Source of the DNA: Macrostomum lignano
Lineage: Eukaryota
Direction: 5' to 3'
NCBI GenBank assembly: GCA_002269645.1
Contig: NIVC01000073.1
Location: 806,001 to 870,000 of the forward strand
DNA length: 64,000 nucleotides
The notes beneath the pieces are model-generated. The model did no database searches, was not told where the DNA came from, and saw only the letters and a list, made by a program, of their open reading frames with translations. This document shows, piece by piece, positions 37,138 through 48,590 of this stretch. The translations under genes and the position numbers were made by a program. How positions within the stretch are numbered: position 1 is the stretch's first letter; every line of letters starts with the position of its first letter.

Positions 37138-40100
37138 TCAGGGTGCGGTGGTCGTCTGAGCGTGGGCTCGGCGAGTTGGTGAGTCCAAACCCGTCAGGTC
37201 GATGCAGACGGGAGCGGCAGTTCGCGGTCGGCGCTGCCCCTTGGCTTCGGGCTTGGTGTCGGTCGTGGCGGGCTTGGGTCGCTCCCGGCTGGTTTCTGCG
37301 GCCTCGCGTGCTTGGTCGGCCTCGACCTGGCGTCGGATTGTCGCGATTCCTTGGGCGACAGCTTCCGTGCTGGCTGTTGACGCAGCCGCCTGTCCTCCTG
37401 ATGAGGTTGGCGCTAGACGACGGACGACGGCCGGGTTCTCCGAGGGCGTCCCCTCGGCACCGGCGGTCCGGTTGTGCCCCGGTCGGCGTCGACGTCTGCG
37501 CCTCCTTGACGGGCGGTGGTTCTCCTCCGGCAGCGGCGTAGCTCCGCCGTCCTGGCGGAAGCCGAGCCGGAGCTGGGGAGGAATGCGATGAGCCTCTCGG
37601 TGCTCGCCAGATTCGAGCTGGCCGGCCGCTGCGCCGATCGGAGGCCCCGGTTCAACATAGTAACGGGGTCGATTGAGGCGAGCCTCAGTAGGCGGCGAGC
37701 GCTCAGTGCGCTTAGCAATACGGCGCGGTTGCATTTCTGCGCTGAAATTCGTTTTAGTTTGTGCGCGGATGCGGGCGGTGCGGCTAACGTAAGTTTTAGC
37801 CCTAGGATTAATAATCAGCCTCTCAGGCTGCCTACGGTTCCTAGCCGGCCTACCGGCATCTACAGTTCCTAATGACGCTTCCACCGGAGTGGTGCATAGC
37901 GACGGCCCAGGGGTCTGGACCACAGAAAAAGCAGCACTGGGGGCGGGAGCAGAAACGGGCGGAAAAGAAACAACAGGCGTAGACGCATCAAGAACAGGCT
38001 CATGCAAATGACATTCACCATACGGCACTGGCTCACGCCGAAGTGCACTTGCCTGGTTCGCTGGTGTCGTGACCGGTCCACCTCCTGGCTGCACCTCCGG
38101 GATCGCCAAAGGCCGGAAGTGCCATCGGAAGGCCGGCCTTGCGTCGTAGCCGTTATCATCATCGTCGTCGGGGTCGTCCTGGTCGTCCTCGGGAATCGGC
38201 GTCAGGGTCGCGGGTCCTGCGCCGTCGGGGACGTCGGGCGGTCGCCGACGCTTCTTCGGTTTGTCGACTTCAGGATCGGAAGTCCTCGTGTAATCGGCGT
38301 CAGGCACGAGTAGGAGGTTCCGGCGATGGACGATTAGTTCGTCTCGTCTGGCTCTCGGGTTGGGCAGTCTCCGTCGAATCTTGTAGACGACCTCGCCCTT
38401 GGGCTCGACGACTTCGTATAGGGCTTTGCGAGGTCGATGAAACTTCGCCGCCTCATCCGGTTCGAGTACCGGGTTGTTGAGGAAGACCAGATCGCCGGGT
38501 TGGAGCTTCTTGGCGACGGGCAGGTTCGAGTAGTGCTCGTCTCGCAGTTGCTGATGCAGATGCAGGCGCTCCTTGGCTAGCTCAGTCGCCTCGTCCAGGC
38601 GACGTTGGAAGTCCTTGACATAGTCGGGCAGGTTGGCATACTCGGGCAGCTTCTTTAGCGAGTTGTCGATCGGAAGTCGGAAGTCACGGCCGAACACCAG
38701 GTAGTGAGGCGTGAAACCTGTCACCGGGTGCACGCTGGAACGGAGAGCCATCAGACAAGCTGGGAGGAAGGTGTCCCAGTCGTTATGGTTGCGCTCGAGC
38801 AGACAGGTGAGGACACTCTTCAGCTGTTTGTTGAGGTTCTCGACTTGTCCGTTGGAAGCTGGATTGTACGGTGTTGTTGTCGTATGCCGAATGCCAAACA
38901 GGTCGCAGAACTTCTTGAAGGCGGAGCCGGTGAAGTTGGTGCCTTGATCGGTGTGAATCCAGCATGGTACACCGAACTCGGGGATGAAGCGCTCCTGCAG
39001 AAGCTTGATGACTGTTTTGGCTTTCTGGTTTCTCATCGGGTAGGCGAATGGATACTTCGACGTCGCATCGCACAAGGTCAGGATGTAGCGGTTGCCGCTC
39101 TTGCTCTTCTGCGCGATTGGTCCTACTACATCACAGTGGATTCTACCCAGAACTTCGCAAACTGGGAAGCTCTGGACCGGAACTCTCTCTCGCCGTCGCG
39201 ATTTACTTTCAAGGCAAGTGCGGCACTTACTGATGAAGGTCTTGGTAGCACGGGCTAATCCGGGTCTCCAGAACCGTTCTCGTAGCCGCAGTAACGTCTT
39301 CGTCTCGCCGAGGTGTCCACACAGTGGCGAACTGTGGAGCTCCTGGAGCACCTGGGCGTCAAGGGCCTCAGGCAGAACAACCTTTGGCGGCTGCTGGCCA
39401 TCGGACAGGTCAATCAGCAGCAGGCCGTTGTCCTCCTGCAGGTTCTCGTAGTATCCGAGCAGGTTCCGCTGCTCCTTCTTCAGTCGCAACCGGGCGTCGA
39501 ACTCAGGCTTCGGGGCTTCGTTCTCGACCAAGTTGAGCACGTAGCTGATGGCTCGATCAGCGCGCTGGGCTTCAACGAACTGTTGGCGAGTCATCGGCAG
39601 CTTCAGAAAATCAGTGAGCACAGCGCGGCATGGCTGAGGGGTCCGGATTCCCGCAGTCTCCGCTTTAATGGCTCCAGGTCGATCACACGGCACCGTCTTG
39701 TCGGCGTCAGGATTAGGTCGCTCCGAGGGACTTTGTCTCACAACGTCGGCGTACGTCCGTTGATCTCGATTCGAAGTTCTCTTCATCGCTCTCAAGACAG
39801 AAAAATCCGCAGATGGAGCAGCGCGCATGCCTCCACTGCATAGCACAGGCGACTCTTGGCTGTAGGGCGGGACGCAACACGTGAAGCACGCTTCGTCGCA
39901 GGCAGCCGTAGCCGTCGGCTCAGTCGTCGTCAAAATTGGGTGAGTCTTCTCCTGCACTGGGCGGTGTCGCAAAGGGGGACTCGACTTTCCGCACAGGCGA
40001 TGAGCAGCTGTCTGTCGGCCCGGGGGACAGAGCTTCGACCTTGCAGCTGGCGCGAGATTCTGGCCTCTGTCAACACGGCGAGAAATCCCAGCGAAAGGCT

Positions 40101-43010
40101 CGGAAGGGTTGTAGTTAAATTGCTTGCCTGGAGTTGCGTTGCGGGCCGTCATCAGAAGGGCTGCTGGTGCGGTGGCCTTTGAATCTTGGTCCGGGGGCGT
40201 CTCCAGAGTCCGAGACCTGTAGTCTTGGGCGTCGTCAAGGAGGTCTGTGTCCACAGTGGCCTCAAGGTCTTCGTCCAGGTTGGTCTCCAAATTGCAGCGG
40301 GCGGCATGGGCATCGCGGCAGAGGGCTGTTGTCGCAGTGGCCTCTGAGTTGTCGTCCAGGCCGGTCTCCAGGCGTTGACTGCAGCGGTGGGCGTCGTGTT
40401 GGAAGGCTGCTGGCGCGGTGGCTTCCAGGTCTTCGTCCAGGTCAGTCTCGGCCTCCAAGCAGCGAGATTGGACTGTCTTCTGGAGGGCTGCTCTGGCAGT
40501 GGCCTCGGGTGTCAGGTCCGAATCCGGTTCCAGGTCGTGGTTGTCACCGGGTCGGGCTGCAGAACCAGGTTGCTCTAGCAGTCGGCCATGCTCGCAGGAG
40601 ATCGGCGGCGCCTCCGGTCTTCTTGACAGGGCATCAGCGTTGGCGTGGTCCTTGCCTTTGCGGTGGTTGAGCTGGAAGCGGAACTCGCTTAGGCGTTCGA
40701 TCCAGCGGCCTAAAATACCTGTGGCCTGAGTCTGGTTCAGTAACCACAGTAAGGCCCGATGATCGGATCGAACTTCAAACTTCTTGCCAATTAAATAATG
40801 ACGGAAATGTCGCATAGCGTCCACAATTGCAAGCAGCTCTTTTTTCGTGACCGTGTAGCGCTTCTCAGGATCGCGAAGTTTACGGCTAAAGAATGCAATT
40901 GGACGTTCGACGCCGTCGGATTGCAGTTGTCCAAGGCAAGCGCCTATTCGAATATCAGAGGCATCCGTGTCGAGGACAAACTTCACAGCAGGATCAGAAT
41001 TAAATTCAGGCAGAGCGAGAACTTCAGTAGAACACAATTTCTTCTTCAAAGTGTCGAACGCTAACTGATGCTCGGGAGTCCAATGCTGCCGCAGGCTGCC
41101 AATGTCCTTTCGCGTCAGGGCATGCAGCGGCGCAGCCACTCCAGCGTAGCCGTCGACAAACTTGTGGTAGTAATTGGCGAGGCCTAGGAATTGTCTCAGT
41201 TGAGTAACGGACTGTGGCACGGGCCAATCACGGATCTGCGCAATCTTGTCCTCACAGGTCTTCAGGCCGTCGGGAGTCACGACGTGACCTAAATAATGCA
41301 GCTCCTTGAGGAACAAATGACACTTCTTCGGTTTCACTTTGAGTTTGGCTGCGATGATGCGCTGGAGTACAGTTCGCAAGTTATCCAGCTGTTCCTCGAA
41401 AGTCACTGAGTGCACCACGATGTCGTCCATGTAGCCAAGCGCAGTCTTTGGCGTCAGGCCGTCCAGGAGCTTATTGATGCAACGCTGAAAGCTGCCGGGA
41501 CTATCGTGGAGACCCATCGGTAGAACGTTAAAACAGAATTGGCCGCGGTCGATCACTGAGAATGCCGTCAAGTGCTGGTCGCATTCGCGCAGCGGGATTT
41601 GCCAGAATCCTTGAGCAAGGTCCAAGCTAGAATACCACTGAGCACCACGAAGCTTCGCGAAGGTTTCCTGGATGTGCGGGAGCGGATACGGGTGATACAC
41701 ACACCTGTCGTTGAGAGCTCTGAAGTCGTGGACTAGTCGGATGTTGCCGTCCTTCTTGGGCACGATGAGCATTGGCGAATTGTAGCTCGAGTAGGCAGGG
41801 CGAATGATGTGCTTCGCCAGCATCTCGTCTAGCAAGGCGTCGAGCTTGTCCTTCAGATGAGGCGGGATTCGGCGTGGTGGTAGCGCAACTGGTGTCCGGT
41901 CCTTCAAGATGATCTCGTGGGTCACCAGGTGAGTCAGGCCGGCGTCTAGCAGGTGCTTGGAGAAGGCCGCTTGACATTCAACTAGTAGATCTCGCACTCG
42001 CTGATGTTGTTCTTTGGACAATTCGCTGTTGATCTCGACTTCATCTAGCCATGCTGTGCTGGACTCTTCAGAGTTCTTCGGGAGGTGTCGCACTTCAGGT
42101 TCGGGCGTCTCGCTCAAGTACATCAGGTCGGCAGTTCGGAGTGGCGTCGCAACACCAACACGGATACCGGCTTGCAGGAACACCTCGCTGTCGGCGGTGT
42201 TGACGACCTCAATGTAGCCGCGACCTTCAGGCATCGTCATCAGAGCAGGCGCTGCTTCCAGAGCGTTGCAGCTGGGATGCAGCCTCGACTTAACCAGCTC
42301 GACAATTGATGGCGATCCTCGATTCTCGGAATGGCCGTCATCCAATCTGACGGGAAGCAGCGCTGAACTTCTAGGCGGCAGGGTGCACTTCTCGGAGGTG
42401 TACACTCGGCAGGTTTGAAGCTCACGACGCGAATAACGAACAGGGATACACGTGCCATTGTTGAACGTTAGCATTCCTTGAGCGAAGTCCAAGTTCTGGC
42501 AGTGCTCTCGCATAAACGATACGCCAAGCAAATTTTCACAATCGGAGACCGTGACGAGGAATTCGGTGTCCGCGACGACATCACCAAACTCCACGGGATG
42601 GTCACCTTACAAGCAAGTGGGAGCTGCGTCCCATCATACATAGTTACGCAATCGGGATTAGCATGCAATATAATACAACGAGGCATCCGACGTCTAATAG
42701 CGGCCCAGGTTGACGAACCAAGAAAGTTTTTCCGGCTGCCGCTGTCTAGCAAGAAAGGGACCTCTCGACTCGCAACTCGACCTGTGACGTACGGATCGGC
42801 CTCACGCGCATGGATTTTTTGATTCGGGGAGGTGTCCACGAAACCTCCGCACTCCGCGTCACTTACTGACGAGCGACTGTCGGACTGGGCATTGGCGCCT
42901 GCACAGCCGACATCCTCTTCTTCTGGTGACCTCTCGGAGTCTGCCAAGTAGCCTGGGCTTGGACCTCGCGGAGGGCGGTGCCGTTGTCGCTCTCCGCCTG
43001 GCCGTTTCCC
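37138..43010 (-). CDS. pol: Gypsy Pol: protease (LLDSG), RT (YMDD), RNase H (DASD), integrase (H..H..C..C, D,D-E), reached by -1 frameshift; one apparent 1-nt deletion at ~42597
   Basis: ORFs 42468-43031 and 37138-42594; motifs read directly from the translations. Confidence 0.93.
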
Positions 43011-44187
43011 TGGTTCTGGCGCGTCGGGCACTGGGTGTTGCGATGACCGGGCTGTCCGCAGCTATAGCAGATTATAGCTCTCTTTGGCGGGCTGGCTACC
43101 TGCTGTTGGTCACGCTGCACCAGGTGATCCAGCATTCGCTGCTGCTTCTCAATCAAGTCGGTTAGAGTCAGCAAGGCTTGGGCGGTGACGTCGGTTTCGG
43201 GTCGCCGTCCTCCTCCCCGTCCAACATCCTAACCGGGGGTTGAGCGGTTCGTTGCGCCAATTCTTTGGCGCCTTCTAGTCGTCGTAGTTCTCGAATCGCA
43301 GCAAGAAGATTGTTCGGGCGAACCCAGTACAGCCGTTCACGCAAGTCTGGCGTCGTCCGGATACCAGCGAGAAATTGATCCGCAATCTCCTTCTCGCGGT
43401 CTTCAGGGTGCATCCGAGGATACGCACGTTCACCCAGAGTTCTCAGGGCGTCAGCAAACTCTTCTGCTGACTCATTCTTGCCTTGTTGACGACGCCTCAA
43501 CAGCTCTCTGTACTCATCAGCACCACCATGACGGGCAAATCGCTCAATCAGACGCTGCTTGACCTCCTCGTAGCTGGCGAAACGCGGAAGATTCATACTA
43601 AGCAAAGAAGGATATGCAGTAGCCAAATCAAGACTCGCGATGAGGTGTTGCTTCATCTCGAACGGGTCGACTATGCGCTCCATCTCGCAACGCTGCTCGA
43701 ACGCGGCAAGCCAGACATGAATGTCCTGACTTGGAGTAAACTTCACAATTTTAACTTGTTTACTCACGGGCCGCTCCATCTGCTGCTGCAGAGCTGCCAT
43801 CATGGTCCTCACGTCCTGGTGCGTGATGTTCCGGCCGATGTTGTCCAGGCCTTGCAGAAGCTCGTCTGGCGGGTCGTCGGACACGTCGCTTCTCGCACCT
43901 TGCCTCGGCGTTGGCTGCTGACCAAAGTCGTTGATCGCTGCTGCTGCTGCGGCGGCTTCTGCTGCCGCAGGCCTCGAACTGCTGATGTGCTGATCCAGCC
44001 GGCTGCTGCACCGGCTCTCGTCTCGCTCGTTGAACATGTTGAACTCGTCGTAGTCGCTGGCCGATGTCGTTCTCGAAAGAGCGGTTGGCTTGGGTGTGTC
44101 GTAGTCGGATCTCACCGCTGCGTCACCAGTGTTGTACCTGTGGTTGTCCTGCTGTACAGCGCAGTGACTTGGGCTCCGTCCTCTCAC
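42863..44187 (-). CDS. gag: Gypsy Gag with CCHC zinc knuckle (one apparent 1-nt deletion at ~43200)
   Basis: Capsid-like helical region (WLAAFEQRC..., RRQQGKNESAEEFADALR) and CYSCGQPGHRNTQC; the two ORFs join if one C is restored in a C run. Confidence 0.85.
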
Positions 44188-45184
44188 TTAGAAGCCTTCT
44201 TAACTTTAGTAGCGTAGGTAGTGCTGCCACCAGTTCCTTCAGGTCTCGGCCTTCGGTGAGGTGAGCTTCCCGTCGGAACGAAATAATGAAGTCAACGAAC
44301 ACAGCACGACGTGCAGATTTGCAGCTCAACGTATAAGGCGTCTCGTCAGCAGCACCTGCCGGGCTTGGATGGTACAGGGAGGGCTGAGTTAGCCTCTCGT
44401 AGACTTGGATTGGTTTGGTCGGGTCTCAGTCGGAGCAATAGGAACAGAATCAATGTGCGCAAAGACTCGGACACTCGGGACTTAGTCACACGCGGACGTA
44501 GAACTCGAGGTTGAACAGAAGGAAGACTCCTTGACGGAAACAAGGGGGAGAGGGCTCCTATTTATAGCCGGGAAATTCCCACGCTCCAGACCTCGTGACT
44601 TGTTCTATTTTTAGAACTGACGTCACTCGAGAGTCTTGGGCAGGGTACAAGCGCGCGGAAGACCTCGTGACTTGTTCTATTTTTAGAACTGACGTCACTC
44701 GAGAGTCTTGGGCAGGGTACAAGCGCGCGGAAGACCTCGTGACTTGTTCTATTTTTAGAACTGACGTCACTTGAGGTCCCCGGCCAGAGTACACGCGGCT
44801 GTGACTCAGTTGCTATTTTTAGCAACATGAGTCACTCCTCTCCTTAGAGAAGGGAAGGGTCCGAAAGCACGTGACTCACCCGGTAAACAGGGCCAACGAG
44901 TGCAGTAAACATGTTTACTGCACTTTAAGACTCAAAGAACGCAAGAACTGTCATGTGACTTGCTCACAAGACAGGGAAAACGGGACGGGAGCGAAACAGA
45001 GACAGCCCACAGTCGAGAGACTGAGGGCTGAGAACGGAAACGCAACAGGGCGGAAAGGACACGGGGGCAACAGGCAAGCGAAAGGAGGGCGGGAAGCTGA
45101 CCAGCGGCAGACAGCAACCCAAAGGGAGGGCGAGGGAACGGCTGACAAGGGTGACGCCTAGCCATAAACTAGCGGCTCACTACA
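44130..45184 (-). repeat. 5' LTR (1055 bp)
   Basis: As above; followed on the minus strand by the PBS. Confidence 0.97.
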
Positions 45185-46704
45185 CTTCTTTGATCAGCTA
45201 AAGTCTCGTATATGGTTGGAATGCTCTGAAAGGCCAAGGCAGAGTCAGGTTGGGGGGGGGGGCTCGCGCAGTAAATAACAGAAGAGTAAATCGAAATTAA
45301 CTATGAATGTGTACTCGTATTTGTCAGTCATAAAAGTGATGACATTTACGATTAAAAATAACGATAGATGCTACTTCCTGGGGTCAGAGAAACTCAGAGG
45401 TAAGGCTTCTGTAATAGTTGCCTACGCATTTTTCGATTCCGTACCCTTCAAACGTCAGAGGTCAGCAAAATTTTCAAGACTAAACGCCCGTTCACGCAGT
45501 CATCAATTAATATTGATGTCACGCCAAGCCATTAAGTCCCGACGATGTTGTAAAAAACGATGGACAAACTGTACATGTGATCTAGCAAAACATAAACTTG
45601 AGTTAGATGGCAGTGTGAACGAACCCTATGTAGTATTTAGCTACCCTGTTTGTTAGCTACTTTTTACATTCACCTTTTAAGAAACAAACGCAATCAACAA
45701 AAATCTTTCATTCTCACCTTCAAGCTCAGTTTAGCTCTGACAGCAAAACTGTACAGTCGAACCAGTAGATATTTTCCTCGATCAATCAGCTTCTCATTGT
45801 CTGTATTGCTTGCCAAAATGCACAGGCAAATGCGATGTGAATCGTCAATTAGATAGGTAAAGTCTACATTTGTCACCTCTCTGCAACAGTCAATGAGGAT
45901 TAATGTTTTCTTCTTGAAGCCGTCACATTTAGCCGCAGTTAAGCATGCAGAGTTGAATTGAAATCCAAACCCTTTCTTACTGAACTGACGAGCCCAGCTT
46001 GAGCATAGCCATGCCCACAGCATCTGCCGTCTGCTTTGACAAGGCGCGACCTCTGTAACGGTTCGCCAGATTGTCAAGGACGCCTAACAACGATCGCATG
46101 AATGCTTGGTCACTGGCGTACATCTGGAATACGTAAATGTGCAAAGTAATTCGGGAAGATCACGACAGTGACCTTGTTTTAGGCTATATAACCTGTCATT
46201 GTTTAAAAGACTTAAATTTTGACTATTGACAAGGCAACCAGTGAAGCGAGCTGGGAATGGAAACACTTCTTAAAATGGCCGCAGACAAAGGCCGTTGCAA
46301 TGAGGCACACAGGAGAGACGAGGAAAAGATGAGGAAAGATTTTCACTGTGATTGTCGTTCGTTAAAAAGTCTCATTTAACCCGCAGAATGTTATACCATA
46401 TGAGGCAGAATATAGCAAAAGCAACAACTTCATTCACTTACGTGAACTATAGAGTTACAAAGAGGCCTGTGCGCAGCTTGACTCAATTTTCGATGCAACG
46501 CTGCCAGAACGCTCTCTCTGTACTGCTCAGTTTTGGCAGTAGATGAGTCGCATGTCTCCAATAGATTCAGATAGAAGCTCTTCACTGTATCGACCAGTTT
46601 TTCGTAATAGATTTTTTCACTGCAAAAAATGCATATTTGTAAGCGAGGCGTTTTATAGTCTCCAGGAAATCATAACATTACTATTGCAATGTGGTCACTT
46701 AGGG

Positions 46705-47390
46705 TTTTCAACAACAACAACAACAACAACAACAAAAATTTCACCCGCCGGCCACTCAGTGGCCAGAAAGGGGGAAAAGTCTTTGGGCCATAGCCCTCAA
46801 AAAGTCACCCCCCCCAGCTTGGTCCGGGGCGCCAGCATCAGTCAAAAGCTCGTCAGGATATCTCGTCGTTCGCCCTTGGCTGCTTGGCATCGCCTGCACG
46901 GTCCCTGCAGCAGCACTTCGTGTAGCGGCTCAGGGCAGCGGGCCTCTGACCGGATGAAGTGGCCAGCCAGTCAAAGTCGTCACCCGCGCAGCAGGTCAGA
47001 AGGCTGCATCAGGCACGCCCTTGCGTAGAGCGCGGCATTGGTCTCGCTGCCTGGACCGCTCCGTACTCCGAGCGCCGCACATAGCCGCATGCGCAGCGTC
47101 CAGCTGCCTCTCAAAGGCATCCGTCAGGGTCCAGGTCTCGACGTTGTACAACAGGACAGTCTCAACGACTGCCTGAAACAGCCGAGCCCTGAGCCCGTCA
47201 TTCAGGGCCTCAGAATGGAGCACGGAGCGCACAGAACGAAACGCGGCCCGCCCCAAGCCAGACCTCGTCGTCTCACAAGGTCGTCGTCAACGTCTGGCAC
47301 GAGGCCGCCGAGGTACAGGAACCGCTGGCAGTGGGTAAGCAGGATGGCCTCCCCAGCAGCGTCTCCAGGTTTTGTAACTGTGAAAGTATT
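46705..47390 (-). mobile_element. Degenerate 3' fragment of RTE-type LINE with (GTT)n tail, in intron of paralogue A
   Basis: LRARLFQAVVETVLLYNVETWTL resembles the post-RT region of the LINE at 63800-63950; multiple frameshifts. Confidence 0.8.
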
Positions 47391-48285
47391 ACTCTCACCA
47401 CTCACCAAAATACTCTCACCACTCACCAAAATACTCTCACCACTCACCAAAATACTCTCACCAACTCCGATTAACCAGTGGGTGACATGCAAGCACAGGG
47501 AGAGTTGGGCTAACGCCCAAAACTGCCCATAGTCCAGCGCTGCCGCTCCCTGTCCCTCCCCTGCTTGGCACTCGGCCGCAGTGATGTCAGGGCGGTAACC
47601 ATGGCTCTCTCAGGTCGTGGCTGCTTCACTAAGCATCGCTACCTCCAAGGATGAAACCCGCAGTGAGGAATGCCCATTCTGCCTCTCACTCTGCCTTGGT
47701 CCGAACCCGGATCTTTCTCTGACTTTTTTAGTCCCGAGAATTTACCAGCTCGTCGGGTACCTAAGGTACCGCTGCGGACACCGGCACTACCAGATCTCCG
47801 GGCGCGGCACCGCAGCACTAGCTGACCGTGGTCTTTAGGGTTAAAGGAACGGTCGGCAACGCCCGAAAACCGTGCAGCACTCGAAAACGTATTTAATCTG
47901 CTTATATACCGTAGAATCCATTGCATGAAATCGGTAAAGAAAATGTTACAGCAGTTCGATTAGCTACCTGAACTTAGACAGCAGAAATGTGACGGTCAGG
48001 TCGCGCAGTCGGGACACCGCGTAGGCTCTGTCCTTCTCGTCTTCTGCCTCAGCTGTATTCGGCTCTTCGATTCTAACGTCTTTAATGGCCAGCAGCAGCT
48101 TACGGGCGCAGTCTGGGTCCTGTCGGGTGAGTTAGAAATCAGCTTCAGCTTGAGGAGTAGTACGCACTGTATTTTACCCTCGCAATGTCAGTAAAAAGAT
48201 CAATTCTTACAGGTTTTATCACACGTGAAATAAAAGACACGTTTCTATAGTGTCAATGTTAACATCAACTTCTGCTAATTTAGCA

Positions 48286-48590
48286 GGTGTTGTAGCCTTG
48301 TGGTTAGAGCGTCGGACTCGTGACTTGAAGGTTGGGGGTTCGATTCCTGATCCAACTGGAACAATTTGTGTCCTTGAGCAAGACACTTATAACTCTGCAT
48401 TGCTTCAGTTCACCCAGCTGTAAAATGGGTGCCAGCATTAGCTGGGGTAATTGAGGGTGTGTGGTGACCCCCCCCCCCAGTCATTGGACTGAACAGCCGT
48501 ACGCAGCCTTCAGATGCGCCGCGCAATAGCTGCGACTGAGCTGTCGGTTGCACGTCTGGCCATTAGGCCAGGTGTAATCAATTACTATTA
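48286..48590 (+). mobile_element. tRNA-derived CORE-type SINE
   Basis: A/B boxes (gtagccttgtggttag, ggttcgattcc) followed by a MIR-core-like tgtgtccttgagcaagacactt...cacccagctgtaaaatggg; short (tta) tail. Confidence 0.75.

Larger units (their letters stand above)
35366..45184 (-). mobile_element. Full-length young Ty3/Gypsy LTR retrotransposon (9.8 kb)
   Basis: LTRs 35366-36420 and 44130-45184 (TG...CA, one mismatch noticed); CTTC TSD; PBS TGGTGACGCAGCGG next to the 5' LTR; PPT (ctctccccgttc on + strand) next to the 3' LTR; gag-PR-RT-RH-INT order. Confidence 0.97.

Noticed and set aside
42590-43210. Two extra frame changes in gag/pol (~43200, ~42597) as programmed recoding
   Set aside because: Both are fixed by adding one C to a C run and have no slippery site; likely consensus errors or mutations.
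37143-44264. Numerous plus-strand ORFs over the Gypsy interior, and antisense ORFs over the TIR exons and the LINE
   Set aside because: Antisense shadows of GC-rich coding sequence; no recognisable motifs.
47558-47700. HDV-like or hammerhead ribozyme
   Set aside because: GCA-TTCCTCAC-TGC resembles P3/L3, but I could not place P1, P2 or J4/2 on either strand, and there is no CUGANGA/GAAA core; kept only as a structured-repeat candidate.
48286-48360. Stand-alone tRNA gene
   Set aside because: The tRNA-like head continues into a CORE-type body and tail, and there is no clean cloverleaf; it is a SINE.
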